Shown here: in pieces, positions 1-10,492 of the stretch
Layout of the letters: each line of letters begins with the position of its first letter
Position numbering within the stretch: the stretch's first letter is position 1
DNA from: Bacteroidota bacterium
GTDB lineage: Bacteria > Bacteroidota > Bacteroidia > Flavobacteriales > Weeksellaceae
Assembly: GCA_023440705.1 (NCBI GenBank)
Contig: JAEXRP010000077.1
Location: forward strand, 5,518-69,517
Direction: 5' to 3'
DNA: 64,000 nucleotides
The notes under the pieces: model-generated
Databases searched by the model: none
What the model saw: the letters and a program-made list of their open reading frames with translations, nothing else
Told to the model about the DNA's origin: nothing
Position numbers and translations under genes: made by a program

Positions 1-599
1 CTGTAGAAATTCTCTACATAGCTTAAGCTGTTATCGCCATGGTTAATTGGTAAACCTTGAGTTTTTCTATAAGTCCAAGCGCAAAGGTGAGAGAATTTAG
101 CAAGCATTAATTCTGCTGCGTGATCCATTTCTTCTTTAGAATTAACATTAACTGCTTTAGGGTTGAACGCTGTTAACGCTGAAGTAAGTGAAGAAAGAAC
201 GCCCATAGGATGTGCAGAACGTGGGAAAACGTCTAGGATTTTCTTCATTTCGTCTGCTACGAAGTTGTATTTTTTGATATTGTTATCAAAAGAAGTAAAC
301 TGATTTTCAGTTGGCAATTCACCGTGAAGCAATAGATACATTACTTCTGTAAAGTTCGACTTCTCAGCGATTTGCTCGATTGGATAACCTCTATAGTACA
401 ATTCACCTTTATCACCGTCTAGGTAAGTGATGTCACTAAGCGTAGCTCCAGTATTTTTGTATCCTAAATCTAAAGTGATAAGACCAGTTTGGTCTCTTAG
501 TTTTGAAATATCAATCCCTCTATCACCTAAAGTGCTGTCAACGATTGGATATTCATAAGAATTACCGTCGTAATTCAGTATAACTTTATTATCTGACAT
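1..599 (-). CDS. gltA: Citrate synthase (5' part; runs off window start)
   Basis: Not in the ORF track. Manual minus-strand translation from ATG at 599 gives MSDNKVILNYDGNSYEYPIV...GLITLDLGYKNTG...ITYLDGDKGELYYRGYPIEQ...FPRSAHPMG, typical citrate synthase motifs. Confidence 0.95.
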   Translation of the reverse strand, partial: MSDNKVILNYDGNSYEYPIVDSTLGDRGIDISKLRDQTGLITLDLGYKNTGATLSDITYLDGDKGELYYRGYPIEQIAEKSNFTEVMYLLLHGELPTENQFTSFDNNIKKYNFVADEMKKILDVFPRSAHPMGVLSSLTSALTAFNPKAVNVNSKEEMDHAAELMLAKFSHLCAWTYRKTQGLPINHGDNSLSYVENFY

Positions 600-628
600 T
601 ATTATATAATTTTGGTTTAAATATACAT

Positions 629-657
629 AAAAAAGAGCGAACAGCGAAAGTTCGCTC
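629..657 (-). terminator. Intrinsic terminator downstream of eno
   Basis: GAGCGAAC(635-642)/GTTCGCTC(650-657) inverted repeat, followed on the minus strand by a T6 tract (A629-634). Confidence 0.7.
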
Positions 658-680
658 CTTTAAAATTTTGTTAAAACTTA

Positions 681-1982
<1,302 letters not shown>

Positions 1983-2016
1983 TTAATTTGATTTAATATT
2001 CATTCTTAAATGTTTA

Positions 2017-2024
2017 CAAAAATA
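2017..2024 (-). promoter_or_regulatory. Bacteroidota sigma70 -7 box (TATTTTTG) for eno
   Basis: Matches TAnnTTTG consensus, 43 nt upstream of eno start. Confidence 0.55.
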
Positions 2025-2185
2025 ATCAATTGAATTGATATTTAATAGAAACCTGTTTAATATTTGATAGAATTATTAAAAGCTTTTAATAGTAAAAATA
2101 AAAAACCTTAAACACTTGATTGGGAAAAAGAAAAAAAACTCAAAATAAAATGTATAATGCCTAAAAATATCCATATATTTATTCA

Positions 2186-2193
2186 TATTTTTG
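2186..2193 (+). promoter_or_regulatory. -7 box (TATTTTTG) for the enoyl-CoA hydratase/dCMP deaminase/xerD/NUDIX run
   Basis: TAnnTTTG consensus upstream of 2258. Confidence 0.5.
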
Positions 2194-2257
2194 TCCAAAT
2201 AAGAAAGATACTTATTTAATAAGTAAGTTTAATTTAGTATTTTGCATTCAAAAGAGA

Positions 2258-3034
2258 ATGAAGATGAATTTTGAAAATATCATTTTAGAGAAAAAAGAAA
2301 AAATTGCGGTTATCACAATTAACAGACCGCAAAGTTTAAATGCCTTGAACAAACCTGTATTCACAGAGCTTTCAGCGGCTTTGGATACTATTGTCAATGA
2401 CAAAGAAGTTAGAGCTGTCATCTTAACAGGTTCTGGAGAAAAGGCTTTTGTTGCGGGAGCGGACATTAAGGAATTTATGGATTTTGATGTTGCACAAGCA
2501 GAAGCATTGGCAAGAGATAACCAAGAAATGATTTTTAACAAAATTGAAAACTTTAACAAACCTGTTATTGCAGCAGTTAACGGTTTTGCCTTAGGTGGCG
2601 GTCTAGAGTTAGCTATGGCGTGTCATATTCGTTATGCATCCGACAATGCAAAACTTGGTCTCCCTGAAGTAACTTTAGGATTAATCCCTGGTTATGGAGG
2701 AACGCAACGTCTTCCAAAATTGGTAGGAAAAGGAGTAGCTAATGAAATGATTTTCACAGCGAAGATGGTATCTGCGCAACGTGCAAAAGAAATTGGTTTG
2801 GTTAACGAAGTCTATTCTCAAGAAGAACTTTTAGCCAAAACAACTGAACTTGCAGAGACTATTGCTAAAAACTCACCAATGGCTATTGAGAAAGCGATAC
2901 AAGCCGTTAATAAGTCAGATGATGCACAAGTAGGCTTTGAGCAAGAAATAAAAAGCTTTGGAGAATTGTTTGGTTTAGAAGATAAAAAAGAAGGAGTTGG
3001 TGCATTTTTAGAAAAGAGAAAACCAAATTTCTAA
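2258..3034 (+). CDS. Enoyl-CoA hydratase/isomerase (crotonase family)
   Basis: ITINRPQSLNAL, AFVAGADIKE, AVNGFALGGGLELAMACH, GLPEVTLGLIPGYGGTQRL. Confidence 0.95.
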   Translation: MKMNFENIILEKKEKIAVITINRPQSLNALNKPVFTELSAALDTIVNDKEVRAVILTGSGEKAFVAGADIKEFMDFDVAQAEALARDNQEMIFNKIENFNKPVIAAVNGFALGGGLELAMACHIRYASDNAKLGLPEVTLGLIPGYGGTQRLPKLVGKGVANEMIFTAKMVSAQRAKEIGLVNEVYSQEELLAKTTELAETIAKNSPMAIEKAIQAVNKSDDAQVGFEQEIKSFGELFGLEDKKEGVGAFLEKRKPNF

Positions 3035-3035
3035 A

Positions 3036-3470
3036 ATGACGGACTTTAATAAATTCGATATTGCTTACCTGAAAATGGCTCTTGAATGGAGTAGCCTTTC
3101 TTACTGCAAAAGAAAACAGGTTGGTGCATTGATAGTAAAAGATAGAATGATTATATCCGATGGTTACAATGGAACGCCATCGGGTTTTGAAAATAATTGC
3201 GAAGACGAATCAGGAAAAACGCATTGGTATGTGCTACATGCAGAAGCCAACGCCATCCTAAAATTATCGTCTAGCACACAGTCTGCAAAAGGAGCAACAT
3301 TATATTTAACAATGTCGCCTTGTAAAGAATGCAGCAAATTGATATTACAATCTGGTATTACCAAAGTGGTGTATACTAGTGATTATTCAGATAACTCTGG
3401 ATTAGATTTTTTAATTAGCGCTGGAATAGAAACTTTAAAAATAAGTGAACAAAAACTCTATGAGAATTAA
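3036..3470 (+). CDS. dCMP deaminase family protein (ComEB-like)
   Basis: GYNGTPSG, HAEANA and PCKEC zinc-binding deaminase motifs. Confidence 0.92.
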   Translation: MTDFNKFDIAYLKMALEWSSLSYCKRKQVGALIVKDRMIISDGYNGTPSGFENNCEDESGKTHWYVLHAEANAILKLSSSTQSAKGATLYLTMSPCKECSKLILQSGITKVVYTSDYSDNSGLDFLISAGIETLKISEQKLYEN

Positions 3471-3509
3471 CAAAAACGATAACTAAAACACAACACAAAA
3501 ACACAAACG

Positions 3510-4415
3510 ATGAACTGGTCCGAAAAAATAAGTGACTTTTCAAATTATTTAAAATTTGAAAAGAACTTTTCCGATAATACACTTGATGCTTATGTACGAG
3601 ATATTAAAAAGCTTCAAGAGTACGCTATGACAGAATTAGAGGGCATTTCTCCATTAGAAATAAGCTTCGAAAATCTACAAGAATTCATTTATCAACTTTC
3701 TAAAAAGAAAATTAGCGAGCGATCGCAAGCGCGTTGGATATCTTCTATAAAAGCATTTTTCAAATATTTGGTTGAAGACGAAATCCGTGAGGACAATCCT
3801 GCCACATTGCTAGAAGGTCCAAAGTTGGGATTATATCTTCCTGATACTTTAAGCATTGAAGATATCGAACGCATCATAAAGTGCATTGATCTAAGTAACG
3901 ACCTTGGCCAACGCAACCGATGTATTCTCGAGGTTCTTTACGCTTGCGGATTACGAGTTTCGGAATTGATTGATCTTAAAATATCAAACATTAATTTTAA
4001 AGAACATTATCTAAAAGTAGAAGGTAAAGGTGGAAAAGTAAGATTAGTTCCTTTAGCAGAATACACCTCGGAGCTTATTTTATCTTACATTAGCGACACA
4101 CGTGCTAAAGGAAAAATAAACAAAAAATACGAAGATATATTATTCTTAAATTCTCGAGGTGCAAATATGTCTCGCGTGATTGTATTCTTAATTATTAAAG
4201 AATTAACAGATCGTGCAGGTGTCAACAAGAACATTTCACCGCACACTTTTAGACATTCTTTTGCGACACATTTGTTACAGAATGGTGCAGATCTCCGCTA
4301 CATCCAAGAAATGCTTGGGCACAGCAGTATTACAACTACCGAAATCTACACGCATCTAAAAACCGAAGAATTGCGAGATGTTATTCTCAATTATCACCCA
4401 AGAAATCAAGCTTAA
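3510..4415 (+). CDS. xerD: Site-specific tyrosine recombinase XerD
   Basis: LYACGLRVSEL, GKGGKVRLVP, SPHTFRHSFATHLL, LGHSSITTTEIYTH (R-H-R-H-Y catalytic set); 301 aa; housekeeping context. Confidence 0.9.
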   Translation: MNWSEKISDFSNYLKFEKNFSDNTLDAYVRDIKKLQEYAMTELEGISPLEISFENLQEFIYQLSKKKISERSQARWISSIKAFFKYLVEDEIREDNPATLLEGPKLGLYLPDTLSIEDIERIIKCIDLSNDLGQRNRCILEVLYACGLRVSELIDLKISNINFKEHYLKVEGKGGKVRLVPLAEYTSELILSYISDTRAKGKINKKYEDILFLNSRGANMSRVIVFLIIKELTDRAGVNKNISPHTFRHSFATHLLQNGADLRYIQEMLGHSSITTTEIYTHLKTEELRDVILNYHPRNQA

Positions 4416-4421
4416 AAAAAT

Positions 4422-4925
4422 ATGAATCAATTACAATATTGTCCAAAATGTGGAAATAAATCTCTTAAATGGGATGGCGAAAAAAAATGGAGTTGTGGAC
4501 AATGCGACTATACAATGTATCATAATTGTGCTGGTGCAGTCGCAGTTGTTATTCGTTGCGGAGAAGAAATCTTTTTAACCAAGAGAAATCAAAATCCTGC
4601 AATTGGAAAAATGGATCTTAGTGGTGGTTTTGTCGATCCAAAAGAATCAGCTGAAGAAACTTGTCGTCGAGAATTAAAAGAAGAATTAAACATCGACATC
4701 AATATTTCTAAACTTAAATATCTTACAAGTGCACCAAATGTCTATCACTATAAAGACATTGATTACAACACTTTGGATTTATTTTATGAATATGAAGTTT
4801 CGGAAAAGTTTGTTCCAGAATTGGAAGAGCATGAAGTTTCGGATTTCGTTTGGATTAAAAAAGATGACATCAACTTGGACGACATCGCATTTGATTCCCA
4901 AAGAAATTTCTTCAAAACATATTAA
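4422..4925 (+). CDS. NUDIX hydrolase with N-terminal zinc ribbon (NudC-like)
   Basis: CPKCG...CGQC zinc ribbon; Nudix box GGFVDPKESAEETCRRELKEELNI. Confidence 0.9.
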   Translation: MNQLQYCPKCGNKSLKWDGEKKWSCGQCDYTMYHNCAGAVAVVIRCGEEIFLTKRNQNPAIGKMDLSGGFVDPKESAEETCRRELKEELNIDINISKLKYLTSAPNVYHYKDIDYNTLDLFYEYEVSEKFVPELEEHEVSDFVWIKKDDINLDDIAFDSQRNFFKTY

Positions 4926-4930
4926 CTACA

Positions 4931-4970
4931 AAAACAAGAAAGCCTCGCAAATCGCAAGGCTTTCTTTATT
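4931..4970. terminator. Probable bidirectional terminator between convergent NUDIX and pckA
   Basis: AAGAAAGCCT(4936-4945)/AGGCTTTCTT(4957-4966) inverted repeat with A/T-rich flanks. Confidence 0.75.
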
Positions 4971-4986
4971 TAAAATAACATCAATA

Positions 4987-6582
4987 TTAGATTTGAGGTC
5001 CGCTAGCAACTAATGCTTTAGCTTCGTCGTTATCTGTATATTGTTCAAAATTCTTAATGTATTTAGCAGCTAATTCTTTAGCTTTTGCTTCCCACTCTGC
5101 TGCATCAGCATAAGTATCTCTTGGATCAAGGATCCCTTCTGATACGTTTGGTAACGCCGTTGGGAATTCAAGATTCATTACAGGAACTGTGTTAGTTTCT
5201 GCTTTATCGATAGAACCATCGATAATAGCATCGATAATAGCTCTTGTATCTTTAAGAGAAATTCTCTTACCTGTACCATTCCATCCAGTGTTAACTAAAT
5301 AAGCTTTAGCACCGTGCTCTTTCATTTTACCAATTAACGTATGAGAATACGTTGTTGGGTGTAATGATAAGAATGCCTCACCAAATGCTGGAGAGAAAGA
5401 TGGTGTAGGCTCTGTAATACCTCTTTCAGTACCTGCAAGTTTTGAAGTATAACCGCAAAGGAAGTGGTATTGTGCTTGATCATCTGTTAAGATAGATACT
5501 GGAGGCAACACACCGAAAGCATCAGCAGAAAGATAAATGATCTTTTTAGCATGACCAGCTTTTGAAGGTAAAACGATTTTGTTGATATGATAGATTGGGT
5601 AAGAAACTCTCGTATTCTCAGTAACAGATCCGTCAGCAAAGTCAACTTCTCCATTATCTTTAACCACAACGTTTTCTAACAAAGCATCTCTTCTGATAGC
5701 ACCATAGATGTCTGGTTCTTTCTCAGCAGAAAGGTCGATAACTTTCGCATAACATCCACCTTCGTAGTTGAATACACCGTTGTTATCCCATCCGTGCTCG
5801 TCATCACCAATTAGGTAACGCTTAGGATCTGCAGAAAGCGTAGTTTTACCAGTACCTGACAATCCGAAGAATACAGCAACGTCCCCAGCTTCGCCTACGT
5901 TAGCAGAACAGTGCATAGAAGCCATACCTTTTAGAGGCAAATAGTAGTTCATCATTGCGAACATACCTTTCTTCATTTCACCACCATACCAAGTACCACC
6001 GATGATTTGCATTTTCTTAGTTAAATCGAACATTACAAAAACCTCAGAGTTAAGACCGTGGTCCTTCCAGTTCGGGTTAACAGTCTCTGCAGAATTGATA
6101 ACCAAGAAATCTGGCTCTCCGTATTGATCTAGCTCATAATGAGAAGGACGGATAAACATATTAGTTACAAAGTGCGCTTGCCAAGCCACTTTAGTTACGA
6201 ATCTAACTTTAAGACGCGTGTCTGGGTTAGTACCGCAGAATGTATCAACAACATACAATTTGCTCCCCGACATATCTTTTTGTACAAGACCTAGTAATTC
6301 GTCAAAAATTGCCGTCGTTGTTGGTCTGTTGATGTTACCATCCCACCAGATTGTATTTTCTGAAGCAGCATCTTTTACAATGTAACGATCTTTTGGCGAT
6401 CTTCCTGTAAAAATACCTGTTTGCACAGATACTGCACCAGTTGTAGTTAAAGTTCCTTTAGCAAATCCTTCGTTATTAGGATTCATTTCTTCTTGAAAAA
6501 TTGTTTCGTAAGAAGGATTGTAAAGTATCTCTGCGTCAGTTGTGATACCATTACGCTCTAGGTAGCGTTTGATGTGTTCCAT
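4987..6582 (-). CDS. pckA: Phosphoenolpyruvate carboxykinase (ATP)
   Basis: [27 protein letters not shown]-loop, [20 protein letters not shown]. Confidence 0.98.
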   Translation of the reverse strand: MEHIKRYLERNGITTDAEILYNPSYETIFQEEMNPNNEGFAKGTLTTTGAVSVQTGIFTGRSPKDRYIVKDAASENTIWWDGNINRPTTTAIFDELLGLVQKDMSGSKLYVVDTFCGTNPDTRLKVRFVTKVAWQAHFVTNMFIRPSHYELDQYGEPDFLVINSAETVNPNWKDHGLNSEVFVMFDLTKKMQIIGGTWYGGEMKKGMFAMMNYYLPLKGMASMHCSANVGEAGDVAVFFGLSGTGKTTLSADPKRYLIGDDEHGWDNNGVFNYEGGCYAKVIDLSAEKEPDIYGAIRRDALLENVVVKDNGEVDFADGSVTENTRVSYPIYHINKIVLPSKAGHAKKIIYLSADAFGVLPPVSILTDDQAQYHFLCGYTSKLAGTERGITEPTPSFSPAFGEAFLSLHPTTYSHTLIGKMKEHGAKAYLVNTGWNGTGKRISLKDTRAIIDAIIDGSIDKAETNTVPVMNLEFPTALPNVSEGILDPRDTYADAAEWEAKAKELAAKYIKNFEQYTDNDEAKALVASGPQI

Positions 6583-6611
6583 AATTTTTACTATATTATT
6601 TTGACCTTTTG

Positions 6612-6619
6612 CAAATTTA
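6612..6619 (-). promoter_or_regulatory. -7 box (TAAATTTG) for pckA
   Basis: TAnnTTTG consensus 29 nt upstream of start. Confidence 0.55.
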
Positions 6620-6689
6620 AAACGTTAAAGTAAGATTTTTAAAATAAATAAAATGACAATAGTCAGTTTTCAAAAAAATTAATTAAAAA

Positions 6690-7598
6690 TTACGAATATA
6701 CCATTTCATTCCATGGTATTATTGTTTCAAAACCTTTTTTGGAAAAGTATTTTTCGTAATCCTCAAATCTTGAAGTTAACACAAAATCGCCTCCCCAAGC
6801 CCCTAAAGACTTGACAAAACTAGGGCAATCAGCAAAAAAACGCTTTTTCGTAGTTTCTAATTCTAAAAACTCCGAAAGTAGATTTTCGTGCTCAAACATC
6901 AAATCAGAAAACTCTGAAAGTTGACTTGCCTTTAAAACTTGTTGTGTAATGTGATTAAACTTCGCGATTAAATGTACGGATTTTTCTTTAGACCGATAAA
7001 GTCTTATGCCTTCCCTGCTATCTTGCTTTTTGTTAAGATGTACAAATATTAACTCGTCCAAAAAGTTTGGTTTGAAGTCAACTTCTTTATAGGTCGGCAA
7101 ATTATTGTCAATTTTAAATAAAATCGAATGATTGGCTTTTGCAACAGCAACATCGTAACCACTTCCGCCCAAAGATTTTTCATTTAAAACAAAAGCATCA
7201 ACACTTGCCCATTTCGCTAAAGAAGCCATCAAAGTCGAGCTACTTCCCAAACCATAATTAGCAGGAAATTGCAGATCGGATGTAATTTCAATATTTTGGT
7301 CAGCATCGAATTTTGTAGAACCAAGCAACTGACAGTTTTTTAAAGTTTTTAAAACAAATTCGGCAGCCTCAGCATTATTAGTTTCCAAAACTTGCCAAGA
7401 TTTGTAATCAATCTTAGTCGTTAACCAAATTTGCCCTTGATGTTTTCCTGTCCAAATAACTAGATGATTGGACTCTTGTTGCTCTCTAAAAAAAAACTCT
7501 TGCCCCCAATTGGTTGGTACAGCAAGAGCTTCGGCGCCGTCTAACACGACGTATTCTGAAGTGAGCAATAATTTCCCGCGAGAAAAAATTTGACTCAT
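6690..7598 (-). CDS. GHMP kinase, Bacteroidota GYDIA-type (mevalonate-pathway-like kinase)
   Basis: GKLLLTSEYVVLDG, GLGSSST, GSGYDVA, KSLGAWGGDF motifs. Confidence 0.85.
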   Translation of the reverse strand: MSQIFSRGKLLLTSEYVVLDGAEALAVPTNWGQEFFFREQQESNHLVIWTGKHQGQIWLTTKIDYKSWQVLETNNAEAAEFVLKTLKNCQLLGSTKFDADQNIEITSDLQFPANYGLGSSSTLMASLAKWASVDAFVLNEKSLGGSGYDVAVAKANHSILFKIDNNLPTYKEVDFKPNFLDELIFVHLNKKQDSREGIRLYRSKEKSVHLIAKFNHITQQVLKASQLSEFSDLMFEHENLLSEFLELETTKKRFFADCPSFVKSLGAWGGDFVLTSRFEDYEKYFSKKGFETIIPWNEMVYS

Positions 7599-7607
7599 AT
7601 TTTTAAA

Positions 7608-8483
7608 TTATAATGCAGAAGAAACAAAAACTTCTGGGTTAATTTTTTTGATAAGACCTTGTAAAGTCTTTCCTGGTCCAACTTCGATAAACATCTCAGC
7701 GCCATCTTTAATCATATTTTGTACACTTTGTGTCCACTTAACAGGACCTGTCAATTGTGCAATAAGATTTTTCTGAATTTCCAACGGATCTGAAACTGCA
7801 GTCGTTGTAATATTTTGATAAACCGGAATCGTCGCTTTTCTAAACTTTGTGTTTTCAATAGCTGCCGCCAATCTTTCTTGTGCTGGTTGCATCAAAGGAG
7901 AATGGAATGCACCATTAACTGGCAACAACAATGCTCTTTTAGCTCCAGCTTCTTTTAGTGCAACACAAGCAGCTTCAACCGCTGCAGTCTCACCAGAAAT
8001 TACCAATTGACCAGGGCAGTTGTAATTTGCAGGAACAACAATACCATCAATCGATTGACAAATATCTTCTACAACTTTATCTTCTAGACCAAGAATAGCC
8101 GCCATAGAACTTGGATTGACGTCACAAGCTTCTTGCATAGCTTCCGCTCTTGCAGCCACCAATTTTAGTCCATCTTCAAAAGACAAAACTCCGTTTGCTA
8201 CCAAAGCCGAAAACTCACCAAGAGAATGTCCTGCAACCATCTGCGCACCAAGAGCATCTGCAGCTTTAACACCAGCAACAGAATGAATAAAAATTGCAGG
8301 TTGTGTTACTTTAGTTTTTTTAAGATCTTCATCAGTTCCTGCGAACATGATGTTAAGAATATCGAAACCAAGAATCTCATTTGCAGAATCCATCAAATCT
8401 TTGATGTCTCTACGGGCGTCATACAGCTCCTTACCCATCCCAACATATTGAGACCCTTGTCCAGGGAATACAAGTGCTTTCAT
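7608..8483 (-). CDS. fabD: Malonyl-CoA:ACP transacylase
   Basis: FPGQGSQ, TQPA, GHSLGE, GAFHS, EVGPG. Confidence 0.98.
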   Translation of the reverse strand: MKALVFPGQGSQYVGMGKELYDARRDIKDLMDSANEILGFDILNIMFAGTDEDLKKTKVTQPAIFIHSVAGVKAADALGAQMVAGHSLGEFSALVANGVLSFEDGLKLVAARAEAMQEACDVNPSSMAAILGLEDKVVEDICQSIDGIVVPANYNCPGQLVISGETAAVEAACVALKEAGAKRALLLPVNGAFHSPLMQPAQERLAAAIENTKFRKATIPVYQNITTTAVSDPLEIQKNLIAQLTGPVKWTQSVQNMIKDGAEMFIEVGPGKTLQGLIKKINPEVFVSSAL

Positions 8484-8511
8484 ATATATTAACTCTTTCC
8501 TATATTAATTT

Positions 8512-10461
8512 TTAAGGCACCAATCTTACCACTCTGTAACCTGTGTTAATGTAAGCACCGTTTGGTTTTGCTCGAGTAAATTCGAACTTTGTTGCTAATT
8601 GCGTTTGCGATTTATTAATTTGTTTAAAAATCTCGCCTTTTTTATTTTCACGAGACAACATATCATTAACCACATCAAATCCTACAACGGCGTAGCGACT
8701 TGGCGTTTTGCAATATTTAGTTTTATAATCTTTAAGAACCTCCTTCTCGAAAGAACCTTCTGTATTAATTTTTTTATCCATCAAATACACCAAACTCGAT
8801 TGTGATAAGTCGTCCATTTTTTTCTCAAAAATTGAATTATAAAACATGCTAAATGCTTTGTTACCTGTAACTTCTTTTGACAAGGCAATCAATCGATTTG
8901 CAAAAGCCGTCCCAACATTATCGTCATCATTTGCAAGTACCGCTATAACTGGCGCAGATTGACCTGTCATCATATTTTGGTCTGCTTTGATGTCGTTAGC
9001 AGAATTTACAATAATAACTTCTGGCTTCTTTAGAGATTTTTCTAAACCTACTTTCAATGCATTGGCATTTGCTTTAGAATCATCAGCTACAATGTATATT
9101 TTTTGATCGGAGTAAACTTGCCCAACTTCCTTCACAATCTTCTCGATGTAAGCATCTTGGTTAGTTTCTGCAATTATTAAATTACTGTAATCGTATAAAT
9201 CCTCGGAGTTAGCAAAAGGCGCTACAACAGGGATTTTTTTATTTTTTACAAATTCTAAAACCTCTAAAACACTGGTTTTAAAAAATGGACCAATTATTAA
9301 ATCTGTATTATCTTGATTAATTTGTGAAACGCTATTTTTAAAGGTATTCTCGTTACCAGCATCGATAACTTTGATGTCTAGATTCATCCCATTAGCAACG
9401 TTACGTTCGATCGCTAACTTAGCACCAGTCATAAAGTCTAACGCCATCGATCTGTACTTGCTATCATTAGCATCAAAACCAAATGGCAGCATCATAACAA
9501 CGTTAAGTGCATCACCATTTTTCTTGCTGTACATAGGATCTAGTTTCTTAATTTTTAAAACCATTCCTGCACGAAGACCATTAATTAAATCTGGATTAAG
9601 CGCCAACAATTCGCTCAAATCAACATTAAAACGATTAGTAATTCCGAAAACCGTATCGCCACTTTTTACTGTGTAAGTAATAAAATCATCCGAATTGCTC
9701 GTTGAATAATTTGTAGAATTAACAGTAGTATTATTGTTTGATGTTGGTGTAGTCGTCGTTGTTTTAGTTGGCTTTACATCTTCAATTTCTGTGGTGGTTG
9801 TTACGGCATCACCAGCAACTAGAATTTGCTCACCCACTTTAAGACCTTTATCTTCAAGACCAGGATTTAAAGCAAACAGTTGTTTTTGAGTGATGTTAAA
9901 CTCTCTTGAAATTTTATAATAATTGTCTTTTTCTTTTACAGTATATAAATTTTTTGACTCAACAGTTGCTATCTTAGTAGGCTGCGTTGTAGTAGTGGTT
10001 GTCGTTGTTGTACTTGCCACAACTTCTGTACTTTCAGCATATTTCTTTATACTTTCCAAAGGAAGAATAACCTGATCACCGATTTTCATGTGAGCATCTA
10101 AATCGGGATTTAATTTTCTAAGATCTGCCTCCGAAATATGATATTGTTTTGTAATACCATAAATCGTTTGTTTTGGTTGCAGAATAATCGCTCCCGTTTT
10201 CGCAGTCGAAGTCGTTGTTGTAACCTTAGGTGTTGTCGTAGTTGTCACAACTTTTCCAGATTTTGAAACCTTTAACACATCACCAATACCAAGCGCACCA
10301 TCTTTAACTTGAGGGTTAAGTTGGTACAATTCGGCTACAGTTAGTCCGTACTTTTTGGCAATACCATAAGGCGTTTCTTTAGGTTCAACCTTGTGAGTTG
10401 CTTGTGCACTTGCTGTTAAAACTGTTGCTAACGCTGATAAAACAAAGAATTTCTTAATCAT
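8512..10461 (-). CDS. Exported multi-LysM protein with C-terminal type I periplasmic-binding-like domain
   Basis: Signal peptide; four LysM-like repeats (HKVEPKETPYGIAKKY, LQPKQTIYGITKQY, YTVKEKDNYYKISREF, YTVKSGDTVFGITNRF); Thr-rich linkers; C-terminal NVVMMLPF...DLIIGPF. Confidence 0.85.
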   Translation of the reverse strand: MIKKFFVLSALATVLTASAQATHKVEPKETPYGIAKKYGLTVAELYQLNPQVKDGALGIGDVLKVSKSGKVVTTTTTPKVTTTTSTAKTGAIILQPKQTIYGITKQYHISEADLRKLNPDLDAHMKIGDQVILPLESIKKYAESTEVVASTTTTTTTTTQPTKIATVESKNLYTVKEKDNYYKISREFNITQKQLFALNPGLEDKGLKVGEQILVAGDAVTTTTEIEDVKPTKTTTTTPTSNNNTTVNSTNYSTSNSDDFITYTVKSGDTVFGITNRFNVDLSELLALNPDLINGLRAGMVLKIKKLDPMYSKKNGDALNVVMMLPFGFDANDSKYRSMALDFMTGAKLAIERNVANGMNLDIKVIDAGNENTFKNSVSQINQDNTDLIIGPFFKTSVLEVLEFVKNKKIPVVAPFANSEDLYDYSNLIIAETNQDAYIEKIVKEVGQVYSDQKIYIVADDSKANANALKVGLEKSLKKPEVIIVNSANDIKADQNMMTGQSAPVIAVLANDDDNVGTAFANRLIALSKEVTGNKAFSMFYNSIFEKKMDDLSQSSLVYLMDKKINTEGSFEKEVLKDYKTKYCKTPSRYAVVGFDVVNDMLSRENKKGEIFKQINKSQTQLATKFEFTRAKPNGAYINTGYRVVRLVP

Positions 10462-10478
10462 CTGGAAATTTATATTTA

Positions 10479-10486
10479 CAAAAATA
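10479..10486 (-). promoter_or_regulatory. -7 box (TATTTTTG) for LysM-fabD-GHMP kinase
   Basis: TAnnTTTG within the 31-nt gap upstream of 10461. Confidence 0.5.
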
Positions 10487-10492
10487 AGGCTT

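Noticed and set aside
3510..4415. Tyrosine recombinase as integrase of a mobile element or invertase
   Set aside because: Size and motifs fit chromosomal XerD; it lies in a housekeeping run with no att-like repeats, tRNA or cargo nearby
9720..10250. GTT/GTA/GTC-rich repeats as a possible tandem array or CRISPR
   Set aside because: They encode the poly-Thr linkers of the LysM protein; no constant repeat-spacer structure and no cas genes
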